Virus record (IMG/VR): IMGVR_UViG_3300030109_004112
Length of the DNA stretch: 64,000 nucleotides
Source: an uncultured virus (IMG/VR IMGVR_UViG_3300030109_004112)
Lineage: Duplodnaviria; Heunggongvirae; Uroviricota; Caudoviricetes
Reading direction: 5' to 3' (one strand)
How positions within the stretch are numbered: the stretch's first letter is position 1; each line of letters starts with the position of its first letter. Shown here in pieces: positions 55,311-64,000 of the stretch. The notes under the pieces were generated by a model. The model ran no database searches, was not told the DNA's origin, and was given only the letters and a program-made list of their open reading frames with translations. The translations under genes and the position numbers were made by a program.

Positions 55311-58300
55311 ATGCCACTCTCAAATAACAAGAACTTAATTACTGGTAGTACCAGTGATAGAGCAGGTGTTACCCCCCATAAGGAACAAATGTTCCTAGAT
55401 ACGGGAGCCGGTTCGGCCGCCAACGGTATTTTCGTAGGTGATGGTGCTACTGCCGGAGGACATGCACTAGATGTTAGGCCGACAACCACCAAAACAGCAG
55501 ATTATACCTTCGTAAGAGGCGACGAAGCCCTTATGTTGATAATGAACTCAAGTAGTGCGGAAGCAGTTACAATTCCCCCCTTTTCTAGTGTTCCTTTCCC
55601 TGCTGGAAAGACTGAATTACAGGTAATGAATATCAATACTGGAACGGTGACATTGACCGCCGGTTCAGGAGTTACTTTGAATGGTACAACACTTACTTTA
55701 GGACAGTATGATAAGACATACATTAGACATACTTCTACTCAAGATACATGGATTGCTTATCAAAATAACGCTACCGGACCCACTGGTCCCGCCGGTCCCA
55801 CGGGACCTGCGGGTCCTACTGGACCGGGTGGCCCTACTGGTCCTACTGGACCGACCGGTCCTAGTGGCCCTACTGGTGCTGGTGGCCCTCCGGGTCCTAC
55901 CGGAAGTACGGGGTCTAGCGGTCCCCCCGGACCTGACGGCCCCACAGGCTCAACTGGCCTCACTGGTCCTGTTGGACCCACAGGCCCCACTGGTGCTGCC
56001 GGACCGCCGGGACCCACTGGTGCAGGGGGACCTACTGGGCCTACTGGACCTACTGGTCCCGATGGCAAAAGACAGGGACCAAACCAATCATTTAGTACAA
56101 CAACAACCGATTCTGACCCCGGAGCAGATACATTTAGATTTGACCACGGAACATTTGCCTCTATAACCAAGATATTCATAGACGATAGTGCGGACGGGGA
56201 TATACAAGCATGGATGAGAACTTGGGATGATTCCTCAAGCACTAGAAAAGGAACCCTTGTTTATTCATCTTTAGATTCTGCAACTGCTGATACTATCATA
56301 TTTACGGTAACTGCTGTTACAGAAGCGACTGGATATTTCAAGATAGATGTTATTCCTATAGCCGGTGCAGTACCAAGCAACGCAAGTAAATGGGTTTTTG
56401 GTTTCTCTACTACTGGAAATATAGGAGTAGCGGGCCCAAGTGGACCCACTGGGCCTGATGGCCCTACAGGACCTACAGGAGCCGGCGGACCGACAGGTCC
56501 TACAGGAGCCGGTGGTCCACCGGGACCAACAGGACCTACAGGACCCGCTTCTTCTGTAGCAGGTCCCACCGGACCGACAGGCCCCGCAGGACCGCCGGGA
56601 CCACAAGGAGATACGGGCGCAACTGGCGCAGCGGGACCCACGGGAGGCACAGGCCCCACTGGACCCACCGGTCCTGCCGGTAGTACAGGCCCTAGTGGAC
56701 CTACGGGTCCTACAGGACCCACTGGACCAACTGGCCCGGACGGTAATTTCGGCGGTGCTTCTTTCAAATATGACTTTGATACTGCCACCACTGACGCAGA
56801 CCCCGGTGCAGGTAAAATTAGATTAAATAACTCAACACAAAATGCTGCCACAGCCATTTACATTGATGATAGCGATTTAGATGGTAGTGATATACAATCC
56901 TTTATGAGAACCATTGATGACTCAAGTTCTACAATAAAGGGTCATGTAAAAATTAGTAATTTAACAGATGCCAGCCAATTCATAATTTGGACTATCTCTG
57001 CGCTTGCAGAAGATTCAGGTTGGTTTGATATAACTGTAAGTCCTATTGATTCTTCTGCTACTAGTCCGTTTTCTTCGGGAGAAGACGTTATTGTTACTTT
57101 TGCGCGTACTGGTGATAAGGGAGACACTGGTGCTAGTGGACCCACAGGACCCTCCGGACCTACAGGACCAACAGGAGCCCAAGGACCTGCCGGACCTACT
57201 GGTTCTGCTGGACCCGAAGGACCTACTGGCCCTACTGGTGGCTCAGGACCACCCGGACCAACGGGTTCTACTGGACCACCGGGACCCGATGGTGCAGATT
57301 CTACTGTAGCCGGACCACCCGGCCCAACCGGCTCGGCCGGCCCAACAGGACCCACAGGCCCCGGCGGAGATACCGGTGCTGCTGGACCCCCCGGTCCGAC
57401 GGGTCCCGCCGGTCCTGCCGGAAGCACTGGTCCAACAGGCCCAAGTGGCCCTACGGGTAGTACAGGTGCGGCTGCTGGCTTTGGAACGCCAACAGCAAGC
57501 ACGGGACCTATAGGAATAACCGCGAGTGGACCGGACACGGCTAAGATATTCGCTTTCTCAATACCTTCCGGAGCAACTGGACCCACCGGCCCTACAGGCC
57601 CTACCGGTCCCACTGGTGCTGGTGGTCCTCCCGGCCCTGCCGGTAGTGCTGGTGGTACAGGACCGGCGGGACCAACTGGTCCTAGTGGACCTCCCGGTTC
57701 TGACGGAAGTGACGGCGGTACTGGTCCAACAGGTCCGGCAGGGGGTACTGGTCCTACTGGTCCTACCGGACCCACAGGTCCCGGTGGTTCAGCCGGCCCT
57801 ACCGGCCCAACAGGACCCACGGGAGCATTTAGTGGTGCTTCTTTCAAATATGATTTCTCAACTAATACAAGCGACAGCGACCCCGGCAGTGGAAAGGTAA
57901 AGGTCAACAATGCTACACAGAACGCTGCTACTGCAATATACATCGATGACTCAGATTTGGATGGTACGGATATTCAATCGTTCCTCCGTACTATTGATGA
58001 TTCTACTTCAACAATAAAGGGTCATGTAAAAATTAGTAATCTAACTGATTCGGGTCAGTTTGTCTTATGGACCATCTCATCACTAAGCGAAGATACTGGT
58101 TATTTCGATATAACCGTCAGTGCGGTTGATTCTTCTGCTAGTGCCCCATTTTCTGATGGAGAAGATGTGATAGTCACATTCGCAAGAACTGGTGATAAGG
58201 GAGACACAGGACCTACTGGCCCTAGCGGACCTACTGGTCCATCCGGACCAACCGGACCTAGTGGTTCCGCTGGCCCTCCGGGTCCGACTGGTCCAACAGG

Positions 58301-59690
58301 ACCTACTGGCCCGGATGGGGATGATGGGTCTGCTGGCCCAACTGGTCCTACTGGTCCAACTGGGCCTAGTGGTCCTACCGGCCCAACCGGTACGGCAGCA
58401 GGTTTCGGTACACCAACAGCCACAACTGGGCCGATTGGAGTAACAGGAAGTGGACCCGATACCGCTAAAGTCTTCGCCTTTACAATACCGTCAGGTGCTA
58501 CTGGTCCCACTGGACCAACAGGCCCCACTGGTCCAACAGGTCCCACTGGACCGGACGGTCCCGATGGACCAACAGGCCCCGGAGGTTCTACCGGACCTAC
58601 TGGACCTGCGGGTGCTGCTGCTGGCTTTGGGACACCTACTGCCAGTACAGGACCTATTGGGGTAACAGCAAGCGGACCTGCTACTGCAAAGGTATTCGCC
58701 TTCACCATTCCGTCCGGTGCTACTGGTCCTACAGGCCCTACAGGTGCGGGTGGACCACCCGGACCGGATGGACCCGACGGCCCAAGTGGACCTACTGGTT
58801 CTAGCGGTCCTCCCGGCCCTACTGGGTCAACAGGAGGGACAGGTCCTACTGGTCCAGCAGGGCCAACCGGTCCAGCAGGTCCAACAGGTTCTTTCTCCGG
58901 TACATTAACCCAAGAACTCGATGTAGGTGGCTACGACATAGTTTCTTCATCGGCTGGACCAATAGACATTAACCCTGATGGAGCAGGTAAAGTCAGAATA
59001 AACACAACAAGCACGGATGGTGTGAAGTTGGACGTTAGAGGAAATCTAAATGAAACTGTTAGCAATCTAAGAGTTCAAACCTCAATCACTAATGCTCCTC
59101 AAACCTGCTTACAGTTAATTGCGGGTTGTACTTCCAGTTCAGCCGCCGCAGGTCTTGGTGCTAAAATACAATTCAAAACAGGAGATGATGGTTATGCGGG
59201 TTATAGCGCAGGTTCAATTTACGCTTCCCGTATTGATAACTCTAATCACAGTTTAGTAATTGACCCACAAGGAACAGGAAATGTATCGCTAGGAAACTTT
59301 GAGTTTGATGCTGACCAAACCGTAGGTTCGGGACAGGATAACTATGTCTTAACTTATGACCATTCTAACACGCACATTTCATTAGAAGAAGCCGCAAGTA
59401 GCGGTACTACGATAGTGGATGTTTCTACTACTACTACTCTAACTGCCGGACAAGACGGTGCTGTTGTTTATTGGACGGGTGGTACGTTGAATTTACCCTC
59501 CAACTGTGCCGAAGGTATATCATTCACTATATTGAATAATGCCGCCGCTAACGCTACACCCGCCCTTAACGGAGGGTCTATAATAAGTGGTTGGAGAACC
59601 AGTTATGCTATCGCCCCTAGTGGTGCTAGGGTTTTCATATGCGTCAACAATACTGGCAGTGCTAGTGAGTGGGTACATCTAGGCGGTTGA
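55311..59690 (+). CDS. Collagen-like fibre protein (1459 aa)
   Basis: Long Gly-Pro-Thr/Gly-X-Y tracts interrupted by repeated globular domains. Confidence 0.9.
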   Translation: MPLSNNKNLITGSTSDRAGVTPHKEQMFLDTGAGSAANGIFVGDGATAGGHALDVRPTTTKTADYTFVRGDEALMLIMNSSSAEAVTIPPFSSVPFPAGKTELQVMNINTGTVTLTAGSGVTLNGTTLTLGQYDKTYIRHTSTQDTWIAYQNNATGPTGPAGPTGPAGPTGPGGPTGPTGPTGPSGPTGAGGPPGPTGSTGSSGPPGPDGPTGSTGLTGPVGPTGPTGAAGPPGPTGAGGPTGPTGPTGPDGKRQGPNQSFSTTTTDSDPGADTFRFDHGTFASITKIFIDDSADGDIQAWMRTWDDSSSTRKGTLVYSSLDSATADTIIFTVTAVTEATGYFKIDVIPIAGAVPSNASKWVFGFSTTGNIGVAGPSGPTGPDGPTGPTGAGGPTGPTGAGGPPGPTGPTGPASSVAGPTGPTGPAGPPGPQGDTGATGAAGPTGGTGPTGPTGPAGSTGPSGPTGPTGPTGPTGPDGNFGGASFKYDFDTATTDADPGAGKIRLNNSTQNAATAIYIDDSDLDGSDIQSFMRTIDDSSSTIKGHVKISNLTDASQFIIWTISALAEDSGWFDITVSPIDSSATSPFSSGEDVIVTFARTGDKGDTGASGPTGPSGPTGPTGAQGPAGPTGSAGPEGPTGPTGGSGPPGPTGSTGPPGPDGADSTVAGPPGPTGSAGPTGPTGPGGDTGAAGPPGPTGPAGPAGSTGPTGPSGPTGSTGAAAGFGTPTASTGPIGITASGPDTAKIFAFSIPSGATGPTGPTGPTGPTGAGGPPGPAGSAGGTGPAGPTGPSGPPGSDGSDGGTGPTGPAGGTGPTGPTGPTGPGGSAGPTGPTGPTGAFSGASFKYDFSTNTSDSDPGSGKVKVNNATQNAATAIYIDDSDLDGTDIQSFLRTIDDSTSTIKGHVKISNLTDSGQFVLWTISSLSEDTGYFDITVSAVDSSASAPFSDGEDVIVTFARTGDKGDTGPTGPSGPTGPSGPTGPSGSAGPPGPTGPTGPTGPDGDDGSAGPTGPTGPTGPSGPTGPTGTAAGFGTPTATTGPIGVTGSGPDTAKVFAFTIPSGATGPTGPTGPTGPTGPTGPDGPDGPTGPGGSTGPTGPAGAAAGFGTPTASTGPIGVTASGPATAKVFAFTIPSGATGPTGPTGAGGPPGPDGPDGPSGPTGSSGPPGPTGSTGGTGPTGPAGPTGPAGPTGSFSGTLTQELDVGGYDIVSSSAGPIDINPDGAGKVRINTTSTDGVKLDVRGNLNETVSNLRVQTSITNAPQTCLQLIAGCTSSSAAAGLGAKIQFKTGDDGYAGYSAGSIYASRIDNSNHSLVIDPQGTGNVSLGNFEFDADQTVGSGQDNYVLTYDHSNTHISLEEAASSGTTIVDVSTTTTLTAGQDGAVVYWTGGTLNLPSNCAEGISFTILNNAAANATPALNGGSIISGWRTSYAIAPSGARVFICVNNTGSASEWVHLGG

Positions 59691-59694
59691 TAGA

Positions 59695-60546
59695 ATGAAT
59701 ATGGGTATGTCCGGAGCAGTAATAGTGGCCGGACAAGAAGTTTTGCTTGACCCTAGTGATTGGGATAACTGTCCTGCGGGAAGTGCCGTTTCTGTTCTTG
59801 ATAACCCCCAACGTGTCGGTGGCGCACCTGATATATTGCTTGGGACTACTGAAACACCACTCTATCCCGATGTTTCATCCACTCCCAAATATTTCCAGTG
59901 GGATTATGATATGGATGATACAGATAATGGAGCAGTACAAGCACTTAGGCTTGAGATATGGAAAAATGGACTTCCTTCCGGTGCGGGGGGTTCGGGGACA
60001 CAACTGACACATTCTGATGGATTCTATGGTTGGGATGGATATTACATGAATGGAAACACGGTAGGGTCTTCCAGTGAAAACATGAAATACGGTATAGGAA
60101 GAGGACCGATTCATTCTCAATGGGTCTATATGAGTATTAGTGCATCAGATTTTAGTTCATGGGTTAACAGTTCATCAGCAGTAGCCCCAATGTATCTATT
60201 TTCCTTTGGTAGATATTCGGCTTCAACCGTAACTAATTTAGAATGGGAGTGGGAAAGGGTTGTAATTACAACTAGTTTTGGAACCAGTGGTTGCGTTTTT
60301 CAGTTGGGGTCGTCATTTGCTTCTGTTGACGACAATGACGGAACACAAGTCAATTCAACAGACCCCCTAATAGGTATAGGAAATGCTGATGCTTTCTATA
60401 TTGCCTTTGGTGGAGGAAGAGGGTCAACAGTTACTCCATCATCCGGAGAATATTGCGAAGGAAAAATTAGATTGAAAAGAACATGGACCAATACAGGAGC
60501 AGTTATCTATTCAGACTATGTAAATTTTAGGATTGATTTCACATGA
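59695..60546 (+). CDS. Hypothetical structural protein
   Basis: Beta-rich ORF after fibre gene. Confidence 0.55.
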   Translation: MNMGMSGAVIVAGQEVLLDPSDWDNCPAGSAVSVLDNPQRVGGAPDILLGTTETPLYPDVSSTPKYFQWDYDMDDTDNGAVQALRLEIWKNGLPSGAGGSGTQLTHSDGFYGWDGYYMNGNTVGSSSENMKYGIGRGPIHSQWVYMSISASDFSSWVNSSSAVAPMYLFSFGRYSASTVTNLEWEWERVVITTSFGTSGCVFQLGSSFASVDDNDGTQVNSTDPLIGIGNADAFYIAFGGGRGSTVTPSSGEYCEGKIRLKRTWTNTGAVIYSDYVNFRIDFT

Positions 60547-61091
60547 GTAGAGTAGAAGTAGATATTCCCGCCGGGAAGTCGGGAATATATGAAGTTGCTA
60601 ACTACAGTAATGAAACCACAAATAAAAACTGGCAAGTGTACCTAGAACTAAAGAGCGAATCACATTCTTCTTACAAGGTACTACTAAAGGATGGATGTCC
60701 GATGCCAATAATGCAAGATTCAGAAGGAGAATATAACGAACACCAGTGGTTATGGGATAATGCTACAGGTGACGTACTAATAGCAGGTTTAGGTATAGGT
60801 CTTGTTAATGAAATGCTAATTAATAATGATAATGTAACTTCTGTTACAATAGTGGAAATATCACAAGATGTAATCGACTTGGTTTGGGACCACTGTAAGA
60901 AAGACGGTAGGTTCAATTTAGTTAAGGCTGATATAGAAACTTGGGAAATACCGGATGGTTCGTCGTGGGATGTTGCGTGGTTTGACTCATGGATTAGCGA
61001 CAACCCCCTAAATACAACGGAATACAAAGACTTAATCAATACCAAATTTGATTCATATTGTAATAAGATGGGTTTTTGGGGTTCTCTCTAA
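60543..61091 (+). CDS. Class I SAM-dependent methyltransferase (spermidine-synthase-like fold)
   Basis: DVLIAGLGIG, VTIVEISQDVI, ADI, DVAWFDSW. Confidence 0.8.
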   Translation: MSRVEVDIPAGKSGIYEVANYSNETTNKNWQVYLELKSESHSSYKVLLKDGCPMPIMQDSEGEYNEHQWLWDNATGDVLIAGLGIGLVNEMLINNDNVTSVTIVEISQDVIDLVWDHCKKDGRFNLVKADIETWEIPDGSSWDVAWFDSWISDNPLNTTEYKDLINTKFDSYCNKMGFWGSL

Positions 61092-61185
61092 TGGAATATG
61101 ACGGGGACCCAATTTGGGTAAAGGTTCTCCGAATAATAGGTGTTATAACCAATTAGACTAAATACGAGGATAAGAAGGTACGTAC

Positions 61186-61770
61186 ATGCTTGAATACCCA
61201 CAATGGATAATGTATGAGTCATTCTTAACCGAAGAGGAATGCGATGAACTATTAGACATAGGATTGTCATACCCCCCACATATGGGCTCTACATTTAGAA
61301 CCGGAGAAGAAGAATCGCATGATGAAGAAAACCACGGACATAGAAAGACCCAAATTAGGTGGGTTCCGTTTGATGAAACGATAACAAAAAATATATTCTC
61401 TAAATTAAGTGAACTAGCGGTCGAAACAAACGAACAATATTTCAATGTTGATTTCGATTTTATGCCCCCATTACAATTCACAGAATATCTAGAACCGGGA
61501 CACCACTACGACTTTCATCATGATATTGATTGGAATAGACAAGACGGCAGAAATCGAAAATTGAGTATGGTGATACAGTTAACAGACCCTAGTGAGTATG
61601 AGGGTGGAGATTTACTTTTCAGACACCATGTAAATCCCGATGAAGCAGCCCTAAAGAAAAGAGGCACCATAATATTCTTCCTTCCTTATAGAGAACACGC
61701 GGTAACACCTATTACCGACGGTATTAGGAGAAGTTTCGTGGGTTGGTTTGAAGGACCCAATTGGCGATAA
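61186..61770 (+). CDS. 2OG-Fe(II) oxygenase, prolyl-4-hydroxylase/PKHD-like
   Basis: FLTEEEC, QFTEY, FHHDID (HxD), RKLS, YEGGDL, HAVTPITDGIRRSFVGW. Confidence 0.88.
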   Translation: MLEYPQWIMYESFLTEEECDELLDIGLSYPPHMGSTFRTGEEESHDEENHGHRKTQIRWVPFDETITKNIFSKLSELAVETNEQYFNVDFDFMPPLQFTEYLEPGHHYDFHHDIDWNRQDGRNRKLSMVIQLTDPSEYEGGDLLFRHHVNPDEAALKKRGTIIFFLPYREHAVTPITDGIRRSFVGWFEGPNWR

Positions 61771-61800
61771 TTCATCTATCACCAAAGATAGTTACGTACT

Positions 61801-62154
61801 ATGAGAGATAGCACCATAGCATATTTTATTGCGTTTATTTTCTTGGCTACGTTAGTAACCCCTAGTCATTACACCACCCCACAAGGCGTAGTAAATCCAT
61901 TGGATTGTTCCACAATATATGGAACGGTAGTAGGTAAGACACAGGACGAAACCGGAAACATTCTCTATGTAGATTTGGATTACAAAAATGAAATAAGGGG
62001 CTATCGGGTATATGTGAGCCCGGAGTCCTACCAAGAATTCAATCTCAATGAAACATATCACGAAAAAATATGTAATACATGGGATTATGATGTTGGGGTA
62101 GAAAACCTCATAAACAATCTTACTGCTTGGGGTATCGTGGAGTTGCTATCGTGA
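61801..62154 (+). CDS. Membrane-anchored hypothetical protein
   Basis: N-terminal hydrophobic segment. Confidence 0.55.
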   Translation: MRDSTIAYFIAFIFLATLVTPSHYTTPQGVVNPLDCSTIYGTVVGKTQDETGNILYVDLDYKNEIRGYRVYVSPESYQEFNLNETYHEKICNTWDYDVGVENLINNLTAWGIVELLS

Positions 62155-62348
62155 GTGATTCTTGGGAGCCAAAACGGGTTTTGAGGGCGGGTAAAATTGT
62201 ATATATGCCTCCCGAAAAATCATTTACCAATGTGAACATTGAAGAGACACCCCATGGCTACAAGATTTACCGGAAGGGGTCGGACAAGGCATTTACTGTA
62301 ATACCGACCTCTGCTATGAAACAAATTGTTTATGAAAGAGAGGGATGA
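62151..62348 (+). CDS. Small hypothetical protein
   Basis: GTGA/ATGA coupled at both ends. Confidence 0.5.
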   Translation: MSDSWEPKRVLRAGKIVYMPPEKSFTNVNIEETPHGYKIYRKGSDKAFTVIPTSAMKQIVYEREG

Positions 62349-62725
62349 AAATGTTGGAGAATAATACAACAATAGAAGAGTGTGTGGTAGATTGTATAGA
62401 GGCGGCTTCATCGTCCCTCCTTGATGATATAGAGGTAATATTGATTTCTATAGGTGTGTTGCTTGGTATTGCCGTTTGGGCAAAGCAGAAGTATGCGTCT
62501 ATGATGGCCGATGGTAGCATCAGCCTAGAAGAATTGGTTGACTCAGTAGGAGAGGCCAAGGAAAAGGCCGCAGAAGCAGAAGAGGCAATTGAGGACATAG
62601 AGAAGGCTCTTTCTTCTCACAATGTCTCTGAATTGAAGGCTATGCTAAAGGAAGCAGGTCTTTCCGTTAGCGGGAAGAAGGCAGACCTTGTTGCTAGGCT
62701 TGAAGCACACAGAAACAGCGAATAA
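62345..62725 (+). CDS. TM protein with C-terminal SAP domain
   Basis: VILISIGVLLGIAVW TM; HNVSELKAMLKEAGLSVSGKKADLVARL SAP motif. Confidence 0.75.
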   Translation: MKMLENNTTIEECVVDCIEAASSSLLDDIEVILISIGVLLGIAVWAKQKYASMMADGSISLEELVDSVGEAKEKAAEAEEAIEDIEKALSSHNVSELKAMLKEAGLSVSGKKADLVARLEAHRNSE

Positions 62726-62749
62726 CGGGGTCCATAAGGACGTGCCTAG

Positions 62750-63001
62750 ATGAGCAAAGAAGAAGTTTTTGATATAAGACTTACTAACGTCGAAACCCGC
62801 CTAGATAAGCACGAAGAAATGCTTTCCACTATGCTAGAACAGCACGGAGAGATGAAAACTGGTATAACAGAAGTGGCTACTGAACTCAGAGTCACTAATG
62901 AAATACTAAATACAATGATGAGACACCAACAGAGAATAGTTATGTCTCTAATAGCAATAATCAGCGGGGTTTTACTTGGGGCTAACTACATCCTTGGGTG
63001 A
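62750..63001 (+). CDS. Coiled-coil protein with C-terminal TM
   Basis: RLTNVETRLDKHE...; IVMSLIAIISGVLLG. Confidence 0.6.
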   Translation: MSKEEVFDIRLTNVETRLDKHEEMLSTMLEQHGEMKTGITEVATELRVTNEILNTMMRHQQRIVMSLIAIISGVLLGANYILG

Positions 63002-63153
63002 GACGTTGGATAACGAAATGAAAAAACAAATAAAATACTCATCAGACCGACTATACGGTTTGGAGATAAGGTGTGGTAACATTGAAAACACACTTAAGAC
63101 AATAGAAAGACGACAGAAGCGTATGCTTTTTGTGATTAAGGTGGTGATTTTTC

Positions 63154-63690
63154 TTGACTTACTATTGTTCGGCATCCGATGTTGGCATGAGATTGGGCTT
63201 GAATAGTGCTCAAAGAACTGCGGCTAGTAGCAAGATAACTTCGGTTATCAGAAGGGCTAGCATAGACATAGACCAAACATATAGAGACTATGGAAGAAGC
63301 GCACCCTCCAAAAGCATAGCCTCATCAACGCTCAACGGCGGCATTTCTGCCGGTGCTACCACAGTGACCCTAGCAAGCGCGTCGTCCTTTGGTACGGCCG
63401 GAAATGGTGATATAGACGGTGATTCATTCGCATGGACGGGTAAGTCATCAAATGACCTTACCGGATGTACTGGAATCAGCGCAGACCACCTCACTGGTAC
63501 TGCTGTTAATGAGGGAGAAGAGGCACACGTTCTCCGTGAGATATGTGCTGATTTAGCAGCGTCTCTATATTTTGAAGATGAGGCCCTTTTCCAAACTACG
63601 GGTACACCCGGCGGTATTCGGGGTACTGCTATGAATGAAAGAGGTACTGAGAACCTAAGACGACTAGCACACCTCGGTTCAGTTGATTGA
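63154..63690 (+). CDS. Head-tail adaptor-like protein with inserted beta domain
   Basis: YYCSASDV...IRRASIDID...LREICADLAA; TTG start with AGGTGGTGA RBS. Confidence 0.65.
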   Translation: MTYYCSASDVGMRLGLNSAQRTAASSKITSVIRRASIDIDQTYRDYGRSAPSKSIASSTLNGGISAGATTVTLASASSFGTAGNGDIDGDSFAWTGKSSNDLTGCTGISADHLTGTAVNEGEEAHVLREICADLAASLYFEDEALFQTTGTPGGIRGTAMNERGTENLRRLAHLGSVD

Positions 63691-63699
63691 GGGGTATAG

Positions 63700-64000
63700 A
63701 TGAAATTATTTCCAGACTCACATATGATGAATTTTGAAATGGAGGCGGCGGGAGTATCTCGTTCCTCCAATATATTCAAAGACATAATCAAGGAAAATTT
63801 AGACCACTTCATGAAATATGAAATGAGTCATATTCTGTATGACTATTACACTGAACTAGGTGAGAAAGAGGAAGTAAGAATACACAACGACCTGATGAGG
63901 AAAAGCAAGGGTTCAGGCGATATTTACCAAAGAGTAGCGGAAAACATGATTAGTTTGGTTATGCATACTGGCTCACAAAAGTATCTTGAATCAGTAATTC
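63700..64000 (+). CDS. Hypothetical protein, 3'-truncated by window
   Basis: Open frame from ATG 63700 (MKLFPDSHMMNFEME...) to window end. Confidence 0.5.
   Translation, partial: MKLFPDSHMMNFEMEAAGVSRSSNIFKDIIKENLDHFMKYEMSHILYDYYTELGEKEEVRIHNDLMRKSKGSGDIYQRVAENMISLVMHTGSQKYLESVI

Noticed and set aside
55708..58908. Antisense GPV-repeat ORFs and alternate-frame ORFs over the collagen gene
   Set aside because: Shadow frames caused by stop-free Gly-Pro-Thr codon repeats
62976..63206. ORF 62976..63206 as a confident gene
   Set aside because: Overlaps both neighbours; a shorter version may be real but support is insufficient
1..64000. Integrated provirus
   Set aside because: No integrase, att site or flanking host genes recognised; gene order fits a permuted viral contig

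Overview
About 64 kb of a tailed dsDNA archaeal virus genome (Caudoviricetes). Gene content and archaeal-type TATA/RBS signals most resemble 'magroviruses' of Marine Group II/Poseidoniales; this is inferred from motifs, with no database search. Layout: (1) 1-7632, end of the tail module. (2) 7.6-23.7 kb, minus-strand archaeal-style replication/repair operon: XPF nuclease, PriS-PriL primase, Cas4-like nuclease, PolB, PCNA, RecA/Sak4-like ATPase, RPA, RFC, MCM-like ATPase, PAC2-like protein and winged-helix paralogues. (3) 23.9-38.5 kb, small minus-strand accessory genes (glycosylase, ferredoxin, ArdC) punctuated by a conserved promoter element (10 copies, one at 18.2 kb). (4) 35.7-40.7 kb, about 47 TATGTTAC boxes around the switch in transcription direction, including five 40-bp inverted units with exact 20-nt spacers. 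(5) 42.7-46 kb, minus-strand terminase operon. (6) 46.3-64 kb, plus-strand head, collagen-fibre and modification genes. The most notable non-coding signals are the TATGTTAC box system, two promoter-driven CCA-ended structured RNA candidates (25224-25446) and a duplicated AT-rich inverted-repeat element (23.8 and 46.1 kb). No integrase, canonical tRNA or CRISPR array was recognised.
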